A stretch of 64,000 nucleotides of DNA from Phycisphaerales bacterium (GTDB lineage Bacteria; Planctomycetota; Phycisphaerae; Phycisphaerales; SM1A02), in assembly GCA_046350355.1 (NCBI GenBank), contig JAXMAN010000002.1, positions 70,042-134,041 of the forward strand. Reading direction: 5' to 3'. A program made the position numbers and the translations under genes. The first letter of the stretch is position 1. Every line of letters begins with the position of its first letter. The notes under the pieces are model-generated. The model ran no database searches, was not told the origin of the DNA, and saw only the letters and a list, made by a program, of their open reading frames with translations. This document shows, piece by piece, positions 8,541-17,800 of the stretch.

Positions 8541-10820
8541 ATGGCCACTTCCACGGGACATCGTTGGCGTTTCACGCGTTCGGGCGGCTCGGACCAGCCG
8601 CGCCTCGAGACGGCGGAGGACTTCGCCAACCTCGAGCACCTCGACCTCAAGCTCTGGGCGGCGCTCGCCTGCCCGGTGAAGGGGCTCGAGTTCGACGAGC
8701 GCACGCTCGCGCTCATCGACACCGACAACGACGGCCGTGTCCGCGCGCCCGAGATCATCGCCGCGGTGCAGTGGTGCGAGGACCACCTGCGCGACCTCGC
8801 CGCCCTCAAGGAGGGGACCGACGCGCTCCCGCTCTCGCAGATCAACGACCAGACCCCCAGCGGCAAGGCGATCCTCGCCTCCGCGAAGCAGATCCTGCGC
8901 GACCTGGGCAAGCCCGACGCGACCGCGATCACGCTGGCCGACGCCGCCGACACCGCCAAGATCTTCGCCGGCACGCGCTTCAACGGCGACGGCATCGTCC
9001 CCGCCGACGCGGCGGAGGACGACGCGACCAGGCGCGCGATCGCCGACGTCATCGCCTGCATGGGCGCGGTCGCCGACCGCAGCGGCAAGCCCGGCGTCGA
9101 CCAGGCGAAGCTCGACGCCTTCTTCGCGCAGTGCGCCGCCTTCGACGCGTGGGCGACGGCCGCGGAGTCCGATCCCTCGCTGCGCGCGCTCGGCGACTCC
9201 ACCGCGGCCGCGCTCGAGGCGCTGCAGGCGGTGCGCGCGAAGGTCGACGACTACTTCGCGCGCTGCCGCATGGCGGCCTTCGATCCGCGCGCCCTCGCCG
9301 CGGTCAACCGCCAGGAGGCGGACTACCTCGCCATCGCCGCGAAGGACCTCTCCGTCACCGCGGCGGAAGTGGCGGGCTTCCCGATCGCCAAGGTCGAGGC
9401 CGGCCGCGCGCTCCCGCTGGAGTCGGGCCTGAATCCCGCGTGGGAGGGCAGGATCGCCGCGATGCGCACGCTCCTGGTCGCGCCCCTGCTGGGCGCGCAG
9501 GTGCGCGAGCTCACGGAAGCGCAGTGGCGCGAGCTCTGCGGCAAGCTCGCCGCCTACGAGGCGTGGCTCACCGGCAAGCCCGCCGTCGCCGTCGAGCCGC
9601 TGGGCATCGCGCGCGTGCGCGAGCTCCTGCGCGGCGGCGCGCAGCAGGCGATCGCGGCGCTCATCGCGCAGGACCTCGCGCTGCAGACCGAAGCCAACAC
9701 GATCTGCGAGGTCGAGCGGCTGGTCCGCTACTACCGCGACCTCAACCAGCTCCTCAACAACTTCGTCAACTTCAGCGACTTCTACTCGCGCCGGCGCCGC
9801 GCCTCCTTCCAGGTGGGCACGCTCTACCTCGACGGCCGCGCCTGCGATCTCTGCGTGCGCGTCGACGACGCGGGCAAGCATGCCGCGCTCGCGGGCATGT
9901 CGAAGGCGTACCTCGCGTACTGCGACTGCACGCGCCCCTCGGGCGAGAAGCTCTCCGTCGCCGCGGCCTTCACCGGCGGCGACGCCGACTTCCTCATGGT
10001 CGGCCGCAACGGCATCTTCTACGACCGCAAGGGGCGCGACTGGGACGCGACGATCACCAAGGTCGTCGAGAATCCCATCAGCATCCGCCAGGCCTTCTGG
10101 GCGCCGTACAAGAAGCTCGTGCGCATGATCGAGGAGCAGGCCGCCAAGCGCGCCGCCGCGAAGGAGGCGGAGAACGACGCGCAGCTCGCCGCCGCCGCCA
10201 ACGCGACGGTGAACGCCGACAAGGCCGCGCCCGCCGGCGCCACGCCCACCGAGAAGAAGATCGACGTCGGCACGGTCGCCGCCCTGGGCGTCGCCTTCGG
10301 CGCGTTGGGCACCCTGATGGTCGCGGTCGTCAGCGGCATCACGGGGCTCTTCGAGCTTCCCTTCTGGCAGGCGGTGATCGTCGTCGGCGGCATCCTGGTG
10401 CTCATCTCGACGCCGAGCATGGTCGTCGCCTGGCTCAAGCTGCGCCAGCGCAACCTCGGCCCCATCCTCGACGCCAACGGCTGGGCGATCAACGGGCGCA
10501 TGATGCTCAACGTGCCCTTCGGCGGCTCGCTCACGAGCGTCGCGGCGGTCCCCGGCGGCTCGCTCGCGGCGGCGGCGGATCCCTTCGGCGAGAAGCGCAG
10601 CCCCTGGCCGCGCCTGGTGCTCGCGGTCGTGATCGTCTGCTTCCTCTTCAGCCTGCTCAACCACTTCGAGCTCATCGGCCGCGGCCTGGTCGCCGCCGGC
10701 GTCGAGGAGTCGAACCTGCCGGCCTTCATCCTGAAGCCCGGCGACGCGCAGCGGCTGGCCGAGGCGCGCCGTCAGGCGGAGCTCAAGGCCGCGGCGGAGA
10801 AGGCGGCGGAGAAGAAGTAG
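8541..10820 (+). CDS. Hypothetical membrane protein with a canonical EF-hand loop
   Basis: MATSTGHRWRF... The EF-hand loop is DTDNDGRVRAPE (DxDxDGxIxxxE). Two or three C-terminal TM helices are followed by a KAAAEKAAEKK tail. Composition is coding-like. The long antisense ORF 8469..11258 is rejected. Confidence 0.7.
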   Translation: MATSTGHRWRFTRSGGSDQPRLETAEDFANLEHLDLKLWAALACPVKGLEFDERTLALIDTDNDGRVRAPEIIAAVQWCEDHLRDLAALKEGTDALPLSQINDQTPSGKAILASAKQILRDLGKPDATAITLADAADTAKIFAGTRFNGDGIVPADAAEDDATRRAIADVIACMGAVADRSGKPGVDQAKLDAFFAQCAAFDAWATAAESDPSLRALGDSTAAALEALQAVRAKVDDYFARCRMAAFDPRALAAVNRQEADYLAIAAKDLSVTAAEVAGFPIAKVEAGRALPLESGLNPAWEGRIAAMRTLLVAPLLGAQVRELTEAQWRELCGKLAAYEAWLTGKPAVAVEPLGIARVRELLRGGAQQAIAALIAQDLALQTEANTICEVERLVRYYRDLNQLLNNFVNFSDFYSRRRRASFQVGTLYLDGRACDLCVRVDDAGKHAALAGMSKAYLAYCDCTRPSGEKLSVAAAFTGGDADFLMVGRNGIFYDRKGRDWDATITKVVENPISIRQAFWAPYKKLVRMIEEQAAKRAAAKEAENDAQLAAAANATVNADKAAPAGATPTEKKIDVGTVAALGVAFGALGTLMVAVVSGITGLFELPFWQAVIVVGGILVLISTPSMVVAWLKLRQRNLGPILDANGWAINGRMMLNVPFGGSLTSVAAVPGGSLAAAADPFGEKRSPWPRLVLAVVIVCFLFSLLNHFELIGRGLVAAGVEESNLPAFILKPGDAQRLAEARRQAELKAAAEKAAEKK

Positions 10821-12237
10821 CGGCGGCCTTCGCGGGCGCGGGCGCCTCCTTCTCCAGCCCCAGCAGCGTGCGCAGGAAGACCGTGTCGTCGTACTTCTCG
10901 CCGTCGCGGTCCATCTGCGCGAAGCGCACGACCACCAGCTCCTGCTCGGGCAGGATGTAGAGGCGCTGCTTTCCCGCGCCGGCGGCCATCGCCACGCGGA
11001 TCTCGTTGCCCTGCGCGTCGCGCACCGCCTCCACCTGCGCGGCCTGGCGCTGCTGCTGCGCCTGCACCTCGCGCGGCGACTGCGGCGCGAAGAAGGCCCG
11101 CTTTCGCGCGATCGGGTTGTCCGCGACCAGCGCGCCCTCGCCCTCCTTGCCGTTGAGCAGCCACCAGGTGAGGCCGTAGTGCTCGTTGCAGCGGCTGGGC
11201 TCGAAGCACTGCTGCAGCAGCGCGAGCGGGATGACCTGCTCGTCGTGCGTCTTTCCATCCGCGTCCTTCACGGTGGCGACGCCGCCGCGGCGCACGAACT
11301 CGCCGAACTTCGCCCACTCGCGGGCCGTCAGGTGGCCGCCGCCGGGCAGGTTGGGCCGTCCCGCCACATCGGGCGCGAAGCGGTCGACGCCCACGCCGAT
11401 GCCGCTGGGCACCAGCACGCGCGTCGTCAGGTATTCCCAGTAGCTCTTCTCGGGCCGCGTCGACTTCGCGAGCGCGCGCTCGAGGTAGGCGCCGAAGACG
11501 TAGTAGTGCGATCCGCCGTAGCGGAAGACGGTGCCCGGCTCGGTCTTCGCGGGAATCTGCAGCGCCGCGGCGAAGCGGTCGGGGGCGGTCTGCGCGGGCA
11601 GGCGCTGGCGGATCGCCTCCTTGACGAGCCCGTCCGAGCCGAGGTTGCGGATGCCCGCTCCCTGCGCGCCCAGCAGCGGACTGTTGGGATCGAGCCCCGA
11701 GGAGAGCGTGAGCAGCTCGCGCACCGTGATCTTCGAGCGGCGCGGATCGTCCTTCCACTCCACCAGCAGGTCGCTCACCGGCGCATCCAGGCTGGGGATG
11801 ACCCCGTCGGCGAGCGCCGCCATCGCCAGCACGCCCGTGAAGCTCTTCGTGCCGCTGGCAAGCGGATGCGGGCGCGACGCGCTCCAGCCGTTGCCGTACT
11901 GCTCGAAGACGATCTCGCCGCGCTGCATCACGAGCACCGCGCGACCCGAGACGGACTCCGAGTAGCGCGCGGCCGCGGCCATCGCCGCGGGATCCAGCGC
12001 GGCGGCGCGCGGCGCGTCGGGATGGAGGAAGGGCGCGCCCGCGGCGGAGGCGGTGGCGGGCGGCTTCGCCGGCGGGGCGGCCGACGTTGCTGCCGGCGCC
12101 GTCGGCGCCGCCGCGTCCGCCCCCGAATTGTGCTGTGCCTGGCGCGCGCCGCCCGTCGCGTGCGAACATCCGACGAGCGGCGTCGCCGCCGCCAGCGAAC
12201 AACACGCGATCGAGCCCAGCAGGTGCATGGTCTTCAT
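10783..12237 (-). CDS. Serine hydrolase (class C beta-lactamase/PBP-like) lipoprotein
   Basis: MKTMHLLGSIACCSLAAATPLVGCS carries a lipobox. The S-x-x-K motif is ASGTKSFTG, followed by a YGGSHYY region. Confidence 0.85.
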   Translation of the reverse strand: MKTMHLLGSIACCSLAAATPLVGCSHATGGARQAQHNSGADAAAPTAPAATSAAPPAKPPATASAAGAPFLHPDAPRAAALDPAAMAAAARYSESVSGRAVLVMQRGEIVFEQYGNGWSASRPHPLASGTKSFTGVLAMAALADGVIPSLDAPVSDLLVEWKDDPRRSKITVRELLTLSSGLDPNSPLLGAQGAGIRNLGSDGLVKEAIRQRLPAQTAPDRFAAALQIPAKTEPGTVFRYGGSHYYVFGAYLERALAKSTRPEKSYWEYLTTRVLVPSGIGVGVDRFAPDVAGRPNLPGGGHLTAREWAKFGEFVRRGGVATVKDADGKTHDEQVIPLALLQQCFEPSRCNEHYGLTWWLLNGKEGEGALVADNPIARKRAFFAPQSPREVQAQQQRQAAQVEAVRDAQGNEIRVAMAAGAGKQRLYILPEQELVVVRFAQMDRDGEKYDDTVFLRTLLGLEKEAPAPAKAAATSSPPPSPPRP

Positions 12238-12278
12238 GGCACCGGCATGACGCGCGGCCGCGCGCTTCGATTGCGTGG

Positions 12279-13730
12279 CTACGCGGGCTTCGCCGCCGCG
12301 GGGAAGTCCGGTAGTCCGAATCCGGGGCGGTACTCGCGCGTCACGATCGTGCGCGAGGCGTCCTCGTGGTTCGTGAACTTCAGCGCGGCGCGGTCCCACC
12401 GCAGCTCTTGGTTGGGGAAGCGCGCGGCGCGCGAGCAGAGGAGTCCCGCCTCCGCCATGCGCACGCCCGCGGAGAAGGGTGTCTGCACGAAGGCGTCCTG
12501 CTTGCCCAGGATGCGGTTCACCCACGAGTGCCAGTGGTTGCGCGCCTGGCAGGTGCCCAGTCCGGGCAGCGCCTTCCAGTCGACGGGCTTGCCCCCGCGC
12601 CAGACCTCGATCTCGCCTTCGGGCTGGACGCACAGCACGCCGTCCTCGCAGACCACCAGCGTGCCCGTGCCGCCGAACTTGCCCGGCGGCAGTCCAAGCG
12701 CGGCGCGGGAGGGCGCCTGGCCGCGGTCGCAGTAGTGCACCGGGAAGACCGGCCGCGCGAAGTGCTCGCCGCCGCCGGGATAGCTCAGCGTCGACTGCAC
12801 GCAGAGCGCGTGATAGAAGTCCGAGGGCGTGCGCGTCTGCGAGAGCACCGCCGTCGGCGAATCGAGCCCGTACGCGAAGACCAGCACATCCAGCAGGTGC
12901 GTGCACCAGTCGCCCAGCTGCCCGGTGCCGTAGTCCCACGAGGAGCGCCAGCGCTGGCCGACGAGCCCCTCGCGGCAGGGGGCGTCGACGGCGGCGCCCA
13001 GCCAGAGCGGCCAGTCGATGTTCGCCGGCGGGGGGGTCGGGTCCTTCAGGCCGCCGTAGTAGAAGTAGCCGTCGCCGCCGTCCGGCGGGCCGTTGACCCA
13101 GACATGCGCCTCGATCGCCTTGCCCAGGAGGTTCTTGCGCAGGATCTCGACCGCGTACTGGCGGCCCGTGTACCCCATGCGCTGGTTCCCGGTCTGGGTG
13201 ACCAGGTTCGGGCAGGCCGCGATCGCGCGGTCCATCGCCACCACCTCGGAAAGCTGCTGCACGAGCGGCTTCTGGCCGTAGACATGCTTCCCGGCCTTCA
13301 TCGCCGTGAGCATGATGAGCGCGTGGTTGTGGTCGGGGACGCAGACCACCACCGCGTCGAACGTGTCGCGGTGCTTGTCGAAGGCCTCCCGGAAGTCGGT
13401 GCAGACGAAGGCGTCGGGGAACTCGCCGTGGATCTGGGACCGCGCGTTGGCATCCACGTCGCAGAAGCCCGAGAAGACGACGTCGGGGTGCTGCTTCAGC
13501 TCGTGGCGGTCCGCCGGGGCGATGCTCCCCCCGACGCCGATCTGCAGGAGCTGCAGCTTCCCGAGCGCGCCGGCGCGGGCACGTGTGGAGGCGGGGGTCG
13601 GGAGGGCGGGGGTGGGGGCGTCGGCCGCCGTTGCCGGACGCACGAGGAGGGGGGCGGCCAGCCAGGCGCCCGCGGCCGCGGCTGCGGTCCGAAGGGCGTC
13701 GCGGCGGCTCCAGGAGGGGTCCATCGCCAT
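12279..13730 (-). CDS. Gfo/Idh/MocA-family oxidoreductase with TAT signal
   Basis: The twin-arginine signal is MAMDPSWSRRDALRTAAAAAGAWLAAP. The Rossmann motif is LQIGVGGSIA. Confidence 0.85.
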   Translation of the reverse strand: MAMDPSWSRRDALRTAAAAAGAWLAAPLLVRPATAADAPTPALPTPASTRARAGALGKLQLLQIGVGGSIAPADRHELKQHPDVVFSGFCDVDANARSQIHGEFPDAFVCTDFREAFDKHRDTFDAVVVCVPDHNHALIMLTAMKAGKHVYGQKPLVQQLSEVVAMDRAIAACPNLVTQTGNQRMGYTGRQYAVEILRKNLLGKAIEAHVWVNGPPDGGDGYFYYGGLKDPTPPPANIDWPLWLGAAVDAPCREGLVGQRWRSSWDYGTGQLGDWCTHLLDVLVFAYGLDSPTAVLSQTRTPSDFYHALCVQSTLSYPGGGEHFARPVFPVHYCDRGQAPSRAALGLPPGKFGGTGTLVVCEDGVLCVQPEGEIEVWRGGKPVDWKALPGLGTCQARNHWHSWVNRILGKQDAFVQTPFSAGVRMAEAGLLCSRAARFPNQELRWDRAALKFTNHEDASRTIVTREYRPGFGLPDFPAAAKPA

Positions 13731-14043
13731 GTGCGCGAGGGTACCGGACCCACTTCCACGCACCAGTGCAATTTTCCGTGAATTGACAGCCCCCGGATTG
13801 GCATTCTCGGACTTTCAGCCCCGGGTTCAGATCTGACTTCCGCGCACTTTTTCACAGACCCGAACTTGGAAATCCCCGGTTTGGAGTTAGGTTTGGCGTG
13901 CTGACTTTGGCCATCCACCCCAGCGTCCCCTTTCAAGCGTCGTGGGTCGATGAGCCGACTTTCGCGGGGGGATCAGGAAAAGGGCCAATCTGATCTGCTG
14001 CGCGCCTGCGGCGCATCTGTACTTCTGTTCGTTCCCCTTAGAG
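13731..14043. promoter_or_regulatory. Divergent intergenic region of lower GC than its surroundings, likely carrying promoters for both flanking genes
   Basis: A 313-nt non-coding gap between two divergently oriented genes. It is AT-richer than flanks and contains several TTCAG/TTGAC-like segments. No specific -35/-10 can be asserted. Confidence 0.3.
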
Positions 14044-14775
14044 ATGAAAGTGCAAACCCTCATGAAGACGACCACGACTCGTACCTCGCTCCTGAGCCTT
14101 GCTGCGCTGGCTCCCCTCGCGGCGGTCGCCGTGGCCAACGCCGGCCTCGCGTTCAGCTTCGCTGACCCGACCCCCGGCAAGCAGCTCCACAACGTCCAGG
14201 ACAACCACGCTGGTGCTGGCACCGGCCTGATGACCTACGACCAGGACGCTGCCATCACCTTCCTGGTGGACGGCTCCACCGAGGCGAACCCGTTCACGAC
14301 CTCGTGGACGAACGCCCGCATGGAGATGAACATGACGGTCTTCACCGGCTCGACCTCGGCTGGCGTCTTCAGCGCCCCGGTCAGCGGGTTCTTCCGCATC
14401 TATGACGCCAACACCGGCGCCACGATCGTCCGCGGCGACGCCACGGGCGGCGCGTTCCTCCGCTTCGCCGGCACGAGCACCATCCTGCTCTCCAGCGACT
14501 CGGGCTTCGCGTACACCTTCGGCCAGGCGCTGATCGACGCCCTCGCCTTCTACGGCAACGCCGGCTCCTCGCCGTTCGACCCGCAGGAAGGCAGCTTCTC
14601 GCTGACCGACGCCGTCGCCGTGAACGGTGGCGACATCATCGGCGAGGGTGGCGTGGTCCAGTCCTTCGACGCCAACGCCTCCTTCTCGGGCAACACCGAG
14701 ACCATCCCCGCTCCGGGCGCCCTCGCCCTGCTCAGCGTGGCTGGCCTGGTCTCCGCCCGCCGCCGTCGCGCCTAA
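14044..14775 (+). CDS. PEP-CTERM sorting-domain secreted protein
   Basis: Signal peptide MKTTTTRTSLLSLAALAPLAAVAVANA. The C-terminus is IPAPGALALLSVAGLVSARRRRA. Confidence 0.75.
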   Translation: MKVQTLMKTTTTRTSLLSLAALAPLAAVAVANAGLAFSFADPTPGKQLHNVQDNHAGAGTGLMTYDQDAAITFLVDGSTEANPFTTSWTNARMEMNMTVFTGSTSAGVFSAPVSGFFRIYDANTGATIVRGDATGGAFLRFAGTSTILLSSDSGFAYTFGQALIDALAFYGNAGSSPFDPQEGSFSLTDAVAVNGGDIIGEGGVVQSFDANASFSGNTETIPAPGALALLSVAGLVSARRRRA

Positions 14776-14896
14776 CCCGCGCGGCTCGCATCTCGCGAAT
14801 CACAGCCCGCCCAGGCGCATGCCTGGGCGGGTTGCTTTTTGCCGTGATGGAACCGACGTGTTGGAACCGGGGGGAGGGGGGCGCCACGCGCCCGGG

Positions 14897-17800
14897 TCAG
14901 CGGGCGCCGGCGACCGTCTGCCAGCGCTCGACGACCGCCCGCAGTTCGGGCTCGCTCGCCTCCTGGGCCTGCGGGCCGAAGAGGCGCGACTCCAGTCCCA
15001 CGATCTCCTCGCGCAGCGACTGCGCGCGGGCGGGCTCCAGGGCGGCCCCACGCTCGCGCTCCAGGCGGCGCAGCGAGGTGACGACCCCCAGCGGGGTCAG
15101 GCGCGCGGGGGCCCACGCCGGGGCGGGCGCGGCCTCGCGGCGCTTGGTCCAGTGACGGGCCAGCAGCACCGCCCCGCCCAGCAGCGCGGCGAGCGCCGCG
15201 GCGATGACCAGGCGGATCTGCGTCCAGCCGCCGCCGGCGACCGCGACCGTCGAGCCCTTCACGGGCACGATGTCCAGGTCGGCGTAGGCGCGCGACTCGA
15301 GCGTGGCGTCCACGCCAGGACGCAGGACCGGCAGCGTGAAGACGCTCCCGATGTCCCCGCCGGCGCGCGTGTAGGTCACCGTGTAGGTGCGCTCGATGGG
15401 CAGGTGGAAGATGCCGTTGCTGTCCGCCTCGGGGTAGCCGTCCTTGGGCTCGGCGCTCGGCGACATCATGCCAAAGCGCGAGGGCATCGCCGCATCGCCC
15501 GCCTGCATCACCACCATCGGCGCGGCGGCGATGCCGTCCGCGCCGAGCGTGTAGCCGGCGAGCGGCGCGTCGACGCCCTGCAGGATCTCCTGCAGCGCGG
15601 GGGGGACGCCCTCGCCCTTCACGCGCACTTCCAGCGTGACCGTCTGCTTGCCCTGCGCGAGCCCCTCGGCGCCGCGCACATCGACCAGCTGCGCGACCTC
15701 CAGCTTCGTCACCGGGCGCGGTGCGGCATCGTCGCCGCTGGCCAGCAGCGGCGTGTTGCTCGGCAGCGCCAGCGAGACGGGGCCCGTCTGGTCCGTGAAC
15801 TGCATGTCCAGCGTGACCGAGGGCAGCCGGTCCGTGACCGGCTCCTTGCGGCTGAGCACCACGTAGGCCATCGGCTTCTCGAGCCAGCCGTCCTGCCCCG
15901 CCTCGACGACGCCGCGCGGGGGCATGAAGGGGTCGAAGAAGCCGATCGCCTGCACATCGAAGGCGCGCGTGAAGGCGTCCTCGAGGGCCTTCTGCACCTG
16001 GTCGCGGTAGTTGATCTGCCGGTAGTTGTTGCCGACGCGGCCGAAGACGCCGTTCTGCAGGTACTTCGAGAAGCCGCCCGTCTCGCGGTCCACGGAGTGC
16101 GTGTAGCGCAGCGAGACCAGCACGCCGAAGGGCTTGCCCACGCCGACATGGTCCGGGCCGTCGAGCGTCAGGCGCAGCTTGATCTCGTCCTTCACCAGGT
16201 CGCGGTAGAGCTCCTGCATCGCGCGCAGGCCGGCGCCCGCGGGATGGTCGCCGATCACGCGCAGCGCGTGGTGCACCAGGCGCGGCTTGACCTCGGGATC
16301 GGCGCGCTCGATCGCGCCCTGCACGGCTGCGGCGAAGGCGGCCATGTGGCGGTCGTAGTCGTCGCGCGCGAGCGTCTGCAGCGACTTGCGCAGCAGGTCG
16401 ACCTGGTCGTCCTGGAGCGTGCCCTCCTTGGGCAGGTCGTCCACGCGCAGGAAGTTGAGCTCGGCGGTGCCCATCGCGGCGCCGAACCAGCGCAGGTGGA
16501 TGCTCGGATCGTCGCGCACCTTGCCCGCCTGCAGCGCGGCGATGTACGCGGTGGCAGCCTGTGCGAAGGCGTCGAAGGCGGCCTGCCGGTAGGCGCCGGT
16601 CTTCTCCGCGTCGGCGCCGGGCTGCTGCTGGCGGAACTGCATCCGGTCGAAGGTGAGCGCGGCCTTCATGGAGGCCAGCTCCCACGATCCCGGCTCGCGG
16701 GCGATCGCCGCGTCGGCGAGGTCGATCGCGACTCCGTAGCCCTTGTCCACGAGCGCGGCGATCTCGTTGTCCGAGCGCTTGGTGCCGGTGGCCTTCTGCG
16801 CGGCGCGGTTGCGCCAGTCTCCGTTGAGGCTGCTGCCCATGCGCTCGGCGAGCATCGCGGCCGTGGCGGGGGGCATGCCGCCGATGGGGCCGAAGACGCG
16901 CTCGATGTCGGCGCGGTCGTAGACCTCCGTCGAGGCGTGGCAGGCCATGAAGGCCGGGACGAGCCCGGGGAGCGCGCGCGCCTCGACGCCGTGCTCGCGC
17001 AGCGTGGCCAGGAGCGTGCCCAGGCGCTCCAGATTGCGCCGCTGCCGTCCGCGCGTGAGCGGCGCCATCGGCATCGCGTCGCGGTAGAAGGCGAAGTACT
17101 GCATCATCTCCGGCGGGTACTCCTGCACCGGAGTGAGGCGGATGCGCCACTTCTGGAGGAAGTCGTCCGCGAAGGAGGCGGCGTCGGCGGGGGAGCGGTC
17201 GATCGCGGTGTCGAGCATCGCCAGCGCCTGGTCGGTCTCGTCCGCGGTGGTCGCGAGCGCGATGCACGCCTTGCGCGCGCGCGAGGCGAGCGAGGGCTCG
17301 AGCGCCTGCAGCCACTTCTCGTTGGGGATCGCGCGCAGCAGGAGCTGCGCCTCGCGCGCGACCATGCGGTTCTGGCCGCGGCGCGAGACCGCCTGCTCCA
17401 TCTCCTGCACCAGCGCGGCGGTGACCATGCGCAGCGGCACGCGCAGCGAGGCGATGTCGATGTCCTCGCGCGCCAGCAGCAGGTCCACGGCCTCCTTCAG
17501 GCCCAGGAGCGCCTGCGCGCGCTGCTCCGTCTCCAGGCGCTGCTCGCCGACGCCGGTGGCGGCCAGCGCGAGCGCCTCGAGCGCGGCGGGGCCGAGCGAA
17601 GGATTGGCGAAAACCTTCGTGAGCCAGGGGCCCGCCTGCGCGCGCGGGACGCGGCTCATGAGGTCGATCGCCATCTTGAGCGCCTCGCGGCGCACGGCGA
17701 GGGTCTCGCGGTCGATCAGTGCGACGTCGCAGAAGATCTGCCAGGCCTCCAGGCGCAGCGCGTCCGCCTCGGGGCTGTCGCCGGCCTTCTCGGCGAGGTC

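Noticed and set aside
8469-11258. 929-aa minus-strand ORF and the 798-aa plus-strand ORF 8564..10960
   Set aside because: Both are low-complexity R/A/G/P translations overlapping the EF-hand membrane protein gene. The in-frame protein has normal composition, and they do not.
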